This document shows, piece after piece, positions 1 to 10,547 of a stretch of DNA of 64,000 nt (its first letter is position 1; each line of letters starts with the position of its first letter). A program made the position numbers and the translations under genes. The stretch is taken from NCBI GenBank assembly GCA_948891265.1, contig CAQUBD010000008.1, positions 315 to 64,314 of the forward strand. Reading direction: 5' to 3'. The stretch is from an uncultured Clostridia bacterium. GTDB taxonomy: Bacteria > Bacillota > Clostridia > TANB77 > CAG-508. The notes beneath the pieces were generated by a model. It did not search any database, was not told the origin of the DNA, and saw only the letters and a list, made by a program, of their open reading frames with translations.

Positions 1-23
1 AAGCTCTTGAAAAGACAGCACCT

Positions 24-635
24 ATGAATGGCAGAGATGATAAAGTAAAGTTCTGGCAAGCAGCTATTTTGTTTGATGGATATTTAATTAGAAACATTCC
101 ATTTAATGATGAACGTGTTGAATTTTTTCTTGCTAATTATGATAAAGACTCCAGTGAATATCGTTATGGTTTCAAAGACGAATACAAGAGGTATCTGAGA
201 CGCAAGGAAAAAAAGCTTCATGGAGTATTAGAGGACAGCGACACTAAAATAGCTGCAAATCTTATGTTATCTGGAGCAATGTGTGGTATAGGTTTAGATG
301 ACGCTGTTGACATTGCTAATGCTGACTTACAGGCAGGAATGAATCGTACTGCATTACTTCCAATCAAGTATGATGGAGGAGTTCCAAAAGAATTCTGCAA
401 GAAATATGATCAGGAAGAGTATCTCAGCGTGATTTATAAGAAACTTGGAATCGAAGTTGTAGGTGAACACGATCGTTACTATTATGAAGTAAAGTTACCT
501 AAGAATTTTAAAGTTAATGGTAACTCTGGTAGCTTTTGCTTAATGGATGGAGATAAGTGCATATTAAAATATCTCGATGTAGGACCTTTCTACGACCGAA
601 GTGTGTATGTTAAGGAGATTAATTGTTCTCTCTAA
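24..635 (+). CDS. hypothetical protein; the frame stays open to the window edge, so it may be 5'-partial
   Basis: 203-aa ORF with visibly higher G+C than the AT-rich neighbours. No motif recognised. Confidence 0.45.
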   Translation: MNGRDDKVKFWQAAILFDGYLIRNIPFNDERVEFFLANYDKDSSEYRYGFKDEYKRYLRRKEKKLHGVLEDSDTKIAANLMLSGAMCGIGLDDAVDIANADLQAGMNRTALLPIKYDGGVPKEFCKKYDQEEYLSVIYKKLGIEVVGEHDRYYYEVKLPKNFKVNGNSGSFCLMDGDKCILKYLDVGPFYDRSVYVKEINCSL

Positions 636-679
636 TTTATGGTGACTTATAAAGCTTTTCTTGAATAAGGAGGAAAATT

Positions 680-976
680 ATGAAAGTTGACAAAAAGCAA
701 AAACGGTTAAAGGCTATCAAGCTGAGGTATGTTTTTTTCCCCACTAAGTGTAGATGCTGTGGAGAAGAATATAAGTACGAAAAAATGTGGCAATTTGACC
801 GCTATGGTGTTAACAAAACTATTCACAGATGGCATTATTGCCAGAACTGTATGCATTCTGCGGAAGAGGTCTTGAATGAAATAGACACAGACGCATCACA
901 TTTTGGAATTGCATGGGTGGATAATTTTATTATTAACAAAAAAGACTATACGAGAATGAAAACCTGTAAGAAATAA
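680..976 (+). CDS. small Cys-rich hypothetical protein (CxxC...CxxC, zinc-ribbon-like)
   Basis: AAGGAGG RBS about 8 nt upstream. Two CxxC pairs (CRCC, CQNC). Higher G+C. Uses an in-frame CGG. Confidence 0.55.
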   Translation: MKVDKKQKRLKAIKLRYVFFPTKCRCCGEEYKYEKMWQFDRYGVNKTIHRWHYCQNCMHSAEEVLNEIDTDASHFGIAWVDNFIINKKDYTRMKTCKK

Positions 977-1009
977 GGCATTTAGTGCTAGTGCTCAATA
1001 ATCAACAGA

Positions 1010-1043
1010 AAAGAGGATGTCTCTGTTTTGAGACACCCTCTTA
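1010..1043. terminator. bidirectional hairpin between convergent genes
   Basis: agaggatgtctc / gagacaccctct stem between the 680..976 (+) and 1047..1520 (-) genes. Confidence 0.6.
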
Positions 1044-1046
1044 TGA

Positions 1047-1520
1047 TTATTCTATGCGAATGTAAGACAAGATTTTTTTGATTACGTATTCTTTACTTAC
1101 GAGTTCTGGATTACCTTCAATATACATGAATTGATTTGTTTCAATGTTACCCATTGCCACTGGCTCTTGAGAAAGATTGGTTATTATACAAACATTTTCA
1201 GGAATTTGTCCATTAAAGGCCTCTTTTAGTGTTTCTACATAAACCTTTTTTGATTCCTTACTACAGTTGATATTATAGCTTAACTTGACTGTAACTTCGG
1301 CATATCTTGCTAAAAATCCTTCACAATAAACATGTACTCCTGAGACTGTCCGCAGTTCGCATTTATCATCCCATTTATACTTACTTTTAGGCACACTGTG
1401 GCTTAAATTAAACACAAATGAAAACCGAATTACTTCTTGATTACTACGAAGATAAGTTTTCTTATTAAATTCATGTACAAGTTTCACATCTTTGTAAATT
1501 AAATCATTAGGTATGTTCAT
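1047..1520 (-). CDS. hypothetical protein
   Basis: 157-aa ORF with a GGAG RBS upstream on the minus strand. Higher G+C. Confidence 0.55.
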   Translation of the reverse strand: MNIPNDLIYKDVKLVHEFNKKTYLRSNQEVIRFSFVFNLSHSVPKSKYKWDDKCELRTVSGVHVYCEGFLARYAEVTVKLSYNINCSKESKKVYVETLKEAFNGQIPENVCIITNLSQEPVAMGNIETNQFMYIEGNPELVSKEYVIKKILSYIRIE

Positions 1521-1659
1521 GTTGCATTCTCCTTTCGAAATTATTTCTAGGATACTTTTTTATATAGTTGCTCATATCATTATATATGGTTTTATGTTGA
1601 TTGTCAATGATTATGATTTTAAAAATTTTGTAGAACTAGAAAATTAACAATATACAATT

Positions 1660-1694
1660 AAAAAATGCAGTCATTGTTTTATCAAAGACTGCAT
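1660..1694 (-). terminator. intrinsic terminator of the 1721..2698 gene
   Basis: atgcagtc...gactgcat stem followed by a T-run on the minus strand. Confidence 0.65.
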
Positions 1695-1720
1695 TTTATA
1701 GAATTGTTAATTTAACTCAT

Positions 1721-2698
1721 CTAAATATTAACTTTTAGAATTTTTTTCCATAGAATGTTTTGATTTTCTTTACAGCTAGTACTAACTACTTTTAAATGTC
1801 TGTTCCAAAAAGGATCGTCATTTTGATTGTAAAACTCAGGATAAACTATAAATAACCAGAACCTTGCTGCAGAGTATGCTAAAATTATATCTTTATCTTC
1901 AACCTTACTGGTTGTATTAGCACATTGGGCAATATTAGATAATACTTTTTCTATCCTATTGATTATAGAACTTAATATGCCATATTTTGTAAGTACTTTT
2001 CTAGTTATAAACTGCACGATAAAGTAAGTATATATAACTATAAATTCATTTGCTATGGAATCAGATGAAAAGTGAAATACAAATGTACTGATAATAGTGG
2101 TAAAAATAGTTGTTAATATAATCAGTATAATATGTTCTGCATCTTTTTTTAATCCTTTTCTAGTACCACATTTTGGAGAGAATCGTGAAGCTTTTCTTAC
2201 TTCTTGGATACTTCTGGGTAACCGTTTATTTGCTTCAAGAAAATTTACCATCATATGTTCAGCAGAATGCTTGCTTCTAATAGATGAATTTGTTGCCATA
2301 AATTCTAATATAATAGTTTGTATAATTGATGTTATCAAAAGTGTAATATCCACAAGAATTACAAGTACTAAGATATTACTTAGTGTGAAACATAGATAAC
2401 ATATTGCAATAAATTCTAGCAGAAGAAGACCTATGGTTACTGCAAACGGTTTTATTAAAGATTTAAAATTCTCTTTAATAAAAGAAATTTTACTTGTATT
2501 GGCAGTTTTTTCAGATTCCTCGTTGCTTTCTTTGCATAAAGAAACTGAACAACCGTCTTCACTTTCAATAGCAGCAATGTAGAGTGTATTGTCTAGGTAG
2601 AATCTTATCTGGTCATTAAGACTCTCTGCAAGGGATACCGTAAGTTTGTTGGGGTAAATTGATTTAAAAAATGATATTTTTTCATTCCGTTGTTCCAT
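1721..2698 (-). CDS. multi-pass membrane protein with a DUF1385/YqhQ-like core
   Basis: The motifs SAEHMMVNFLE and RFSPKCGTRKG resemble the DUF1385 HGAEHK...RCGT motifs. The likely start is the second ATG (MEQRNEK), because the first ATG lies inside the GGAGG RBS. Confidence 0.45.
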   Translation of the reverse strand: MEQRNEKISFFKSIYPNKLTVSLAESLNDQIRFYLDNTLYIAAIESEDGCSVSLCKESNEESEKTANTSKISFIKENFKSLIKPFAVTIGLLLLEFIAICYLCFTLSNILVLVILVDITLLITSIIQTIILEFMATNSSIRSKHSAEHMMVNFLEANKRLPRSIQEVRKASRFSPKCGTRKGLKKDAEHIILIILTTIFTTIISTFVFHFSSDSIANEFIVIYTYFIVQFITRKVLTKYGILSSIINRIEKVLSNIAQCANTTSKVEDKDIILAYSAARFWLFIVYPEFYNQNDDPFWNRHLKVVSTSCKENQNILWKKILKVNI

Positions 2699-2878
2699 GT
2701 TTATTACCTCCAATGTAATGTTAAGTTAATATGTTACAATTCTATTTAGAATTACATTTCCTATTATATCATAACTTTACATAATTTGCAAGGCTTGCAT
2801 AGTTGAAAAATTCATTTATATATGGTATAGTAAAAATGTTAAGCAAATTACATATTATAAAGGAGCGTAGGTGAAAAT

Positions 2879-3337
2879 ATGATATTATCAACATTATGTT
2901 ATTTAGAAAAAGACGGAAAATATTTAATGCTACACAGAACAAAAAAAGAAAATGATATTAATAAAGACAAATGGTTAGGAATAGGCGGAAAATTTGAAGA
3001 GGGAGAAAGTCCAGAAGAATGTATTATAAGAGAAGTAAATGAAGAAACTGGACTGCTACTTAAATCATATAAACTTAGATGTATAGTAACATATATATCA
3101 ACAACATGGGAAACAGAATATATATATGTATTTACATCAGACAATTTTGAGGGTAATATGATAGAGTGCAATGAGGGTGATCTACAATGGGTAAATAAGG
3201 AAGACATAACTAAACTAAATATTTGGGAAGGTGACAAAATATTTATAGAGAAACTTCAAAAAGATAATAATTTTTTTACAGTTAAGTTTGAATATGATGG
3301 AGATAAACTTATTGGATATCATCTGAATGAATATTAG
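2879..3337 (+). CDS. NUDIX hydrolase (MutT-like)
   Basis: Nudix box GGKFEEGESPEECIIREVNEETGL. Confidence 0.85.
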   Translation: MILSTLCYLEKDGKYLMLHRTKKENDINKDKWLGIGGKFEEGESPEECIIREVNEETGLLLKSYKLRCIVTYISTTWETEYIYVFTSDNFEGNMIECNEGDLQWVNKEDITKLNIWEGDKIFIEKLQKDNNFFTVKFEYDGDKLIGYHLNEY

Positions 3338-3433
3338 TACACATATTAAGAATAGAAAATAGGAGAAATATTTTGAAGAACTCAAATATACAAAATATAT
3401 AATGAAGTAATATTTAAATAAGGAAAACAAGAA

Positions 3434-4264
3434 ATGAATTATTATGACAATTTAAACAAAATTATAAATAAAATAGAGGAAAACTTAAGCAACAAAATAG
3501 AATACAAAGAACTAGCCAAAATGATAGGAACAACATCATACACACTACAAAGGATATTTGTATTCTTAACAGGAATAACCCTAACAGAATATATAAGAAA
3601 AAGAAGACTAAGCAAAGCAGCAGAAGAAATACTATCATCAGAAATAAAAATAATAGACCTAAGTCTAAAATACCAATATGACTCGCCAGTATCATTTTCA
3701 AATTCCTTTAAAAAAATGCATGGAATAAGTCCACAAACACTAAGAAAAACAAAGCAAACAGTAAAAATATTCCCCAAAATGGAATTTAAACCAATAATAG
3801 AAACAATAGACGAACTAGAATATAGGATAATGGAACGCGACAAACAAAAACTATATGGAATAACAACAGGAATAATAAAACTAGAAGACAACAAATCAAT
3901 ACAAAGATTATTTGAAAAAAGCAGAAAAGAAAAAATATTAGACTTTATAATAAATAATTCTGATAGCAAAGAACTATATTATGGAGTTTCAAGAGATATA
4001 TATCAAAATGGAGAATATACACAAAAAATACAATACTATATTTTAGGAAAAGAAAAAAGAGAAGACTTTGTAAGTATAGAAATTCCAAAAGCAACATGGG
4101 CATGTTTTAAACTCAATAACAAAAACCAAGAACAAATATTAAAATTATATAATACAATATATACGAAATGGTTACCATCATCAATATATAATGAAATATT
4201 ACAATACCCACAACTAGAAATTTACTATGAAGACAGTTGCGAAATATGTATTCCTGTAAAATAA
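3434..4264 (+). CDS. AraC-family transcriptional regulator with a GyrI-like effector-binding domain
   Basis: N-terminal AraC HTH (YDSPVSFSNSFKKMHGISPQ). The C-terminal half is about 150 aa and typical of GyrI-like domains. Confidence 0.8.
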   Translation: MNYYDNLNKIINKIEENLSNKIEYKELAKMIGTTSYTLQRIFVFLTGITLTEYIRKRRLSKAAEEILSSEIKIIDLSLKYQYDSPVSFSNSFKKMHGISPQTLRKTKQTVKIFPKMEFKPIIETIDELEYRIMERDKQKLYGITTGIIKLEDNKSIQRLFEKSRKEKILDFIINNSDSKELYYGVSRDIYQNGEYTQKIQYYILGKEKREDFVSIEIPKATWACFKLNNKNQEQILKLYNTIYTKWLPSSIYNEILQYPQLEIYYEDSCEICIPVK

Positions 4265-4543
4265 TTAATAGTTACAATTCACAGCTTTAAATAATGCTTG
4301 TCCTGTTACCCTGCATGGACTTAAAATAATATGGCTGTAAATTGTAAAACTTAATAAAATTGATATCAAAAAAGTTAAGAAAAACATCTATAAAATATGT
4401 AGAATAAATATATATTTTATAGGTGTTTTTACATTTTAACCCTATTACCAGACATTTTTTTTGAATATAAATTTCTGTTAATAAAGGTTAATATAAAAAA
4501 CATAAATACAAATCCAAAAAATACAAATAAAAAAGGAATAAAT

Positions 4544-6286
4544 ATGAAAAACAATGTAATAAAAATATCACTAAAAAACACAGCCAAATACATAATCTTA
4601 TTAACTCTACTAAGTATAATAATATCATACATAACAATACAAATATCATTAAACATAAAATATGCAATAGATGGAGTATTGTTCAACAATTATGAGAATA
4701 TGTCCCCAATTATACACACATTCTTAAAAAACAATTATATAAAAGACTTAATGTTTTTTGCAATACTAATAATTATATTAAACTTAGTATCAAGAGCACT
4801 AAACTATTTCAGGGATAGAGCAACTACAAAACTAAAACTAAAAATTAACACAAACTTAAAAACAGCATTATATAAACACATGATAAATCTAGAATACGAA
4901 AGTTACAACAAATATGACAAAGCAGAAATAATGCAAAGAATAAATGAAGATGCAGAAATATATTCAGAATTTTTTAATAGTCAATTTAATATAATTTTAG
5001 ACATAATATTTTTAAGCATATTTATTATAAAAGAAAGTTCCAAACTAAATATAGCAATATCAGTATATATATTTACATCAATAATAATAATGATGATATT
5101 TTCATTATGGTATTTTAAAAAGTTAAATAAAAGCATAGAAAGACTTGTAAGCAAAAGAAAAAAATTATTAAGTACAACACTTATAAATCTAAACAACTTA
5201 AAATTAGTAAGAATGTTCAATAAGCAAAAACAAGAAAAAGAAAACTACAAGAAATTAAATGATGATTACAATGAAGCAAATGAAAGCTTTATAAAATTAG
5301 TATTATTTTATGACATAATCCTTGAACATATAACATATCTAAAAAGACCAATAATATTCATTATAGGCGGAATATCAATAATAAATGGAAATATGACAAT
5401 AGGAGCATTAATGGCACTTATCAATTTAGCAGGAGAAATATTTAATTGTATATATGATTTAGGAGAAAATTTAGAAATAATAGATAATTTCTTTGTTGTT
5501 AGCAAAAAAATAAATAGATTATTAAGACTAAAACAAGAAGAAAAAGAAAAACAAATATATGACTTAAATGGAGAAATCATATTTAGTAATGTAACAATTT
5601 ATGTAGAAAAAAAGAAAATACTTGAAAACTTAAATTTTATAATAAAAGAAGGAGAAAAAGTTGCAATTATTGGAGAAAACGGAAGCGGAAAAAGTATATT
5701 AGCAAAAACAATATTAGGATTTTACGATTATGAAGGAAACATTTATATAAACAATCACAATATAAAAAGATTAAGCAAAGAAAATATAAGAAAATATGTA
5801 GAGCTAATTTTAGGAGAATCATATATGTTCTCTGGAAGCATAATGGAAAATATAGCATTACACAATGAAATAGACGAACAAAAAATAAAACAAGCTGTAA
5901 AAGATACAGAAATAGAAGCAGATATAAAAAAATTTAAAGACAAATACAATACATTAATTGGAGAAAAAGGAACAAAACTATCTGGAGGACAAAAGCAAAG
6001 AATTTGTATAGCAAGAAGTTTAGTAAATAATAAACCTATACTAATTCTAGATGAAGCTGTAAATAAGCTAGATAACAAAACAAGACAGAATATATTAGAA
6101 AATTTAAAAAATAAATATAAAGAAAAAACAATCATATTAATAAGTAACAATTTAGAAATAATAAATTATGTAGATAATATAATCTTCATAGATCAAAAAA
6201 CAACAATAAAAGGAACACACAAAGAACTATTAGAAAGAAACAAAAATTATAAAAAAATAATAGAAATTAATGAAGATATAATATAG
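4544..6286 (+). CDS. ABC exporter, fused permease/ATP-binding protein
   Basis: N-terminal TM domain, Walker A GENGSGKS, signature LSGGQKQR, Walker B ILILDEA. Confidence 0.9.
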   Translation: MKNNVIKISLKNTAKYIILLTLLSIIISYITIQISLNIKYAIDGVLFNNYENMSPIIHTFLKNNYIKDLMFFAILIIILNLVSRALNYFRDRATTKLKLKINTNLKTALYKHMINLEYESYNKYDKAEIMQRINEDAEIYSEFFNSQFNIILDIIFLSIFIIKESSKLNIAISVYIFTSIIIMMIFSLWYFKKLNKSIERLVSKRKKLLSTTLINLNNLKLVRMFNKQKQEKENYKKLNDDYNEANESFIKLVLFYDIILEHITYLKRPIIFIIGGISIINGNMTIGALMALINLAGEIFNCIYDLGENLEIIDNFFVVSKKINRLLRLKQEEKEKQIYDLNGEIIFSNVTIYVEKKKILENLNFIIKEGEKVAIIGENGSGKSILAKTILGFYDYEGNIYINNHNIKRLSKENIRKYVELILGESYMFSGSIMENIALHNEIDEQKIKQAVKDTEIEADIKKFKDKYNTLIGEKGTKLSGGQKQRICIARSLVNNKPILILDEAVNKLDNKTRQNILENLKNKYKEKTIILISNNLEIINYVDNIIFIDQKTTIKGTHKELLERNKNYKKIIEINEDII

Positions 6287-6302
6287 ATAGGAATTACTCA
6301 AA

Positions 6303-8028
6303 ATGAAAGAAAAATTAAAAAAACTAAAGCAAATGTACAAAATATCTGGATATAGAAAACAATTCATAATTTTATATACAATTATAATAACATCAGCAAT
6401 AATTGAAATAATAACTGTACCATATATAACAAAACAAATATTAAATATTCACATACCAAATAAAAACATAAAAGCACTAATCATTTTTGTATGTATATAT
6501 ACAATATTTTTAATATTGCAATGCTATATGACTCTCAAACATTGTAATATAAGGTCAATCTTACAAAGAAAAATACAAAGAGATTTAAGAGAAAAAGTAT
6601 TTTTTAAGATGCAAGATATAAATACAAAATATTATGATGAAAATGAGACAGGAGTATTATTACAGTTTTTAGAAACTGATATAAATGACTCTGGAGCATT
6701 ATTTCCAGAAATTATAGTAGAAATGTATTTTATGGGATTAATAAGATTTTCTATTATCGCAATATTTTTAATGTTTATAGATTTAAAAGTAACATTATTA
6801 ATTTTAATGCTATACCTAATAGGATTTTTTATAACAACATATTTCAATAAAAAAACAATTAAAATAATAAATGAAATAAGAAAAATAAACATAGAATTAT
6901 ATAATCATATAAATGAAGGGATACAAGGATTTCTAACAATTAAAGTACTAAACATAATTGACAAAAAAGAAAAAGAACTAAAAAACAAATTAGATGAATA
7001 TACAAATAGTAATATTACACTAGAAAAAATTGTTGCAAAATATAATAATATTTTTACATTTATAATATCAATATCAGTATCAATAATAATATATTTTGCT
7101 GGGATAGATGTAGTACAAGGAATAAGTACATATGCAAATATACTTTTATTAATAGAATATAGTTCTGCACTACAATATGAGTTTGCATGGTTTACAAGAC
7201 ATCTTACAAGTTTCAACAAATCATTTTTGGCATATTCAAAAATTATAGAATTTTTAAATAAAGAAGATGTAGAACAATTAGAAAATGGAGAAGAATTATC
7301 AAAAATAAAAGAAATAGAATTTAAAAATGTATATTTTTCATATAATGGCAATCAGAAAAACATAGAAAAATTTTCTATGAAATTAGAAAAAAATAAAAAA
7401 ATTGCATTAGTAGGAAGAACAGGAAGCGGAAAAACAACAATTGCAAATTTACTATGCAGATTTTATGAACCACAAAAAGGAGAAATACAAATCAATAATC
7501 AAAATTATAAAAATTATAGCATATCATCGATCAGAAAAAGAATAGGATATGTTATGCAAGAGGTTCAAATACTTCCAAATACTATAATAGATAATATAAG
7601 ATATGTTAATAAAGATATAACAATAGAACAAATTGAAAATATATTTAAAAAGCTAAAATTATATGACAAAATACTTGAATTAGAAAATGGATATAACACA
7701 GATATATATAATAATTCAGAAATATTATCAACTCGGAGAAAGACAAATGATAAATTTTGCAAGAGCTATGGCAGTTAAAGCTGATATTATAATTTTAGAT
7801 GAAGTAACTTCTGCTTTAAGCTATAAGTCAGAGCTTCTTGTTAAAAATGCTATCAAAGAAATTACAAAAAATAAAATGTGTATAATAATAGCTCATAGAT
7901 TGTCAACAATAAAAGATTGTAATGAAATTATTTTGATGAGAGATGGAAAAATTATTGAAAAAGGTACACATCAGGATCTTGTTGAAATAAATGGGGAATA
8001 TTGTAAATTAGTTAGCAGAAAGAATTAA
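6303..8028 (+). pseudogene. ABC exporter permease/ATPase interrupted by a +1 frame change at CGG_A (7734-7737); possibly recoded rather than dead
   Basis: Walker A GRTGSGKT lies in frame 0. After ACT CGG the frame must shift to GGA to read LSTGERQ...ADIIILDE...AHRLSTI (ORF 7687..8028). Confidence 0.8.
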
Positions 8029-8137
8029 TCCTTTCCAATAATGCTGTAGAAATCATAATAAACACAAAATTTATCAAATAAAGAAGAATTTATCGAAAGA
8101 GCAAAAAAAGTGATATTAAAAGGAATGTAATAAATTT

Positions 8138-8195
8138 AAAAAGATGCTGTAAAAAAAAGTAATAAAAATAATTACTTTTTTTACAGCATCTTTTT
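8138..8195. terminator. long bidirectional terminator hairpin
   Basis: aagatgctgtaaaaaaaagtaat / attactttttttacagcatctt near-perfect stem flanked by A- and T-runs. Confidence 0.75.
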
Positions 8196-8203
8196 ACTAT
8201 ATT

Positions 8204-8449
8204 CTATTGTGCAGAATATTTTTGTTTAGCAGTATCTATTTTTTGTTGTTCTACAGTATCCATTTTATACCAGCCTTTTTCAGACATCAAATTAAAAATT
8301 TTATTTTGAATATCTAAAGACTCATTTAAAGCACATTTGAAAGCTTCATGAACTTCAGCAGTAGATGACTCTATAGTTCCATGAAGATATAAATCACAAA
8401 CACCTTTAATAATTAGTAATTCTTTTTCCATTAAATCTTTATCTTCCAT
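8204..8449 (-). CDS. spore coat protein, CotF-like (Coat_F domain)
   Basis: 81-aa helical protein with the pattern typical of Coat_F family members (DLYLHGTIESSTAEVHEAFKCALNESL). Confidence 0.65.
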   Translation of the reverse strand: MEDKDLMEKELLIIKGVCDLYLHGTIESSTAEVHEAFKCALNESLDIQNKIFNLMSEKGWYKMDTVEQQKIDTAKQKYSAQ

Positions 8450-8459
8450 AATATCCCCC

Positions 8460-8633
8460 TTATAATAAATTTAAAAACTTATTAAAAATTTCATTATGTT
8501 TTTGTTCTAATTGCCCAATATAAGTAGCAAGATTAACATCTTTTAATTGGCTAGCAGTATATTTGCTACAAGATTTCATAAAAGTTTCGTGTCCTAAAGC
8601 ATCCTCAACATATAAAAGTTCTTTACTTGTCAT
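8460..8633 (-). CDS. small protein (57 aa) co-transcribed upstream of the cotF-like gene
   Basis: Hand-translated as MTSKELLYVEDALGHETFMKSCSKYTASQLKDVNLATYIGQLEQKHNEIFNKFLNLL. GGAGG RBS upstream. Below the ORF-track length cutoff. Confidence 0.5.
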   Translation of the reverse strand: MTSKELLYVEDALGHETFMKSCSKYTASQLKDVNLATYIGQLEQKHNEIFNKFLNLL

Positions 8634-8776
8634 AAAAATCTACCTCCTAAAAATAGGATTTCCAGATTGTATGAAAATATACAAGAAATGGAAAAATGTA
8701 TTTTTATATTATTGATAAGTATTAGTTTATATGCTATGATAGTAACTGTAAAAATAGTTAAGGGGGAGTATCTATA

Positions 8777-8980
8777 ATGAGCAAATATAACAAATTATGG
8801 GAATATTTAAAAGAAAACAATAAAGTAAACTACAAAATATCTTATGAAAAAATCAAAAATATTTTAGGATTTGAAATAGACCACTCTTTTCTAACATATA
8901 AAAAAGAAGCAAAACAATATGGATATGAAGTAGGAAAAATATCAATGAAAGAAAAAACAATAATCTTTAATAAAATATAA
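8777..8980 (+). CDS. small hypothetical protein
   Basis: 67-aa ORF with a GGGGGAG RBS upstream. Confidence 0.45.
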   Translation: MSKYNKLWEYLKENNKVNYKISYEKIKNILGFEIDHSFLTYKKEAKQYGYEVGKISMKEKTIIFNKI

Positions 8981-9008
8981 CGTATATTATAAAAATTTGG
9001 AGGAAAAA

Positions 9009-9950
9009 ATGCTATCAATAAAAGAAATGAGAAACAGACTACCAAAAGAATTCATGGAATTTCTATACGAAAAATACACGCCAGTAAAAGTAGACCAAAT
9101 CTTATTAGGAATGACACCAGAAAGATACACAACACTAAGAGTAAACACACTAAAATATGACATACAAAGCTTAATGAAATACTTTAAAGAAAAAAACATA
9201 AAATTCGAAAGAGTACCATGGTATACTGAAGCGCTAATAATAAAAAATGTAAACGAAAAGCAAATACAAAAATTAGACATATATGAAAAAGGATACATAT
9301 ATTTGCAAAGTTTATCAAGCATGATACCACCACTAGTATTAAATCCAAAAGAAGGAGAAAAAGTACTAGACCTAACAGCAGCACCAGGAAGCAAAACAAC
9401 AGAGCTAGCAACACTAATGAAAAATAAAGGATATATACTAGCAAACGAATTAGACAAAATAAGATATGAAAGACTAAAATATAACATAGAAGCACAAGGA
9501 GCAAAAATAGTAGAAGTTGTAAATGGAAGAGGAGAAAAAATAGGAGACAACTACCCAGAAACATTTGACAAAGTACTACTAGACACACCATGTAGTGGAG
9601 AAGGAAGATTTATAACAAACAGCCTAGCAACATATAGAGAATGGTCACCAAAAAAAGTAAAAGAACTATCAAAATTGCAAAAAAAACTATTCGAAAGTGC
9701 ATATAAAGCACTAAAACCAAATGGAACACTAGTATACTCAACATGTACACTAAACGAAGAAGAAAACGAGTTAATACTAGACTGGGCAATAAAGAACTTA
9801 AATGTAAAAATGCAAGACATAGAAATACAAATAAAAAATCAAGAACAAGCATTTACTGAAAATGTAGACAAAACAATAAAAAAAGCAATAAGAATATTAC
9901 CATCAAAAGACACAGAAGGATTTTTTGTAGCAAAACTAAAAAAAGTGTGA
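9009..9950 (+). CDS. RsmB/NOL1/NOP2/Sun-family RNA m5C methyltransferase
   Basis: SAM motif DLTAAPGSKTT and catalytic Cys motifs DTPCSGEG and YSTCT. ATG at 9009 follows a GGAGG RBS. The TGA stop lies inside a repeat hairpin. Confidence 0.85.
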   Translation: MLSIKEMRNRLPKEFMEFLYEKYTPVKVDQILLGMTPERYTTLRVNTLKYDIQSLMKYFKEKNIKFERVPWYTEALIIKNVNEKQIQKLDIYEKGYIYLQSLSSMIPPLVLNPKEGEKVLDLTAAPGSKTTELATLMKNKGYILANELDKIRYERLKYNIEAQGAKIVEVVNGRGEKIGDNYPETFDKVLLDTPCSGEGRFITNSLATYREWSPKKVKELSKLQKKLFESAYKALKPNGTLVYSTCTLNEEENELILDWAIKNLNVKMQDIEIQIKNQEQAFTENVDKTIKKAIRILPSKDTEGFFVAKLKKV

Positions 9951-10015
9951 CAAAGGGGACGTATTTTTTTGTCACAGGTCAATATGTGCCAAAGGGGGCG
10001 TCCCCTTTTGGCACA
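9946..10015 (+). repeat. two tandem 31-nt REP-like hairpins (9946-9976 and 9985-10015)
   Basis: Sequences tgtgacaaaggggacgtatttttttgtcaca and tgtgccaaagggggcgtccccttttggcaca. Confidence 0.8.
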
Positions 10016-10050
10016 AATATTAAAAGAACTTAAAAAAATGAGGAGAAAAA

Positions 10051-10461
10051 ATGATATACGAATTTGAAGTACCAGGGAAAGTAATAGGAAAAGGAAGACC
10101 AAGATTAAATACATACACAGGAAGTGTATATACACCAACAAAAACAAAAGACTATGAAACACTTGTAGAACAATATTTTTTATTAAAATATCCAAGATTT
10201 AAAATGCTAGAAGGAAGACTAAAAGTAAGCATAATAGCATATTTCGAAATTCCAAAATCAACAAAAAAATCAGATAAAGATAAAATGCTAGAAAATAGCA
10301 TAAGTCCAACAAAAAAACCAGACATAGACAATATCGTAAAAGTAGTGTTAGATAGTATGAATAAGTTTGCATTTAAAGATGACACTCAAATTACAAAATT
10401 AGAAGTAGAAAAAATTTATGGCTTAGAAGAAAAGATAGAAATAAAAATTGAAGAGTATTAA
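10051..10461 (+). CDS. rusA: RusA-family crossover junction endodeoxyribonuclease
   Basis: GKGRPR...KPDIDNIVKVVLDSMN pattern typical of RusA. Length 136 aa. Confidence 0.8.
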   Translation: MIYEFEVPGKVIGKGRPRLNTYTGSVYTPTKTKDYETLVEQYFLLKYPRFKMLEGRLKVSIIAYFEIPKSTKKSDKDKMLENSISPTKKPDIDNIVKVVLDSMNKFAFKDDTQITKLEVEKIYGLEEKIEIKIEEY

Positions 10462-10512
10462 TGTCCCATTGGGGACGTTTCCTTTTGGGACATTTTTGTC
10501 CCATCTGGGACA
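10462..10512 (-). repeat. short form of the REP-like composite element (31-nt hairpin plus 16-nt hairpin)
   Basis: tgtcccattggggacgtttccttttgggaca tttt tgtcccatctgggaca. Near-identical to the copy at 40657-40707. Confidence 0.8.
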
Positions 10513-10547
10513 CATCTTGCTCTTAAAATAATAAAAAATATAGTAAC

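Noticed and set aside
3442-3969. Long antisense ORFs opposite many + strand genes. Examples: 3442..3969, 5755..6150, 6905..7351, 8987..9550, 9184..9591, 12108..12596, 20222..20662, 27068..27772, 48909..49373.
   Set aside because: The sense strands are extremely A-rich and T-poor, so the complementary strand rarely contains stop codons. The products are low-complexity L/F/S/I strings without RBSs and fully overlap well-supported genes.
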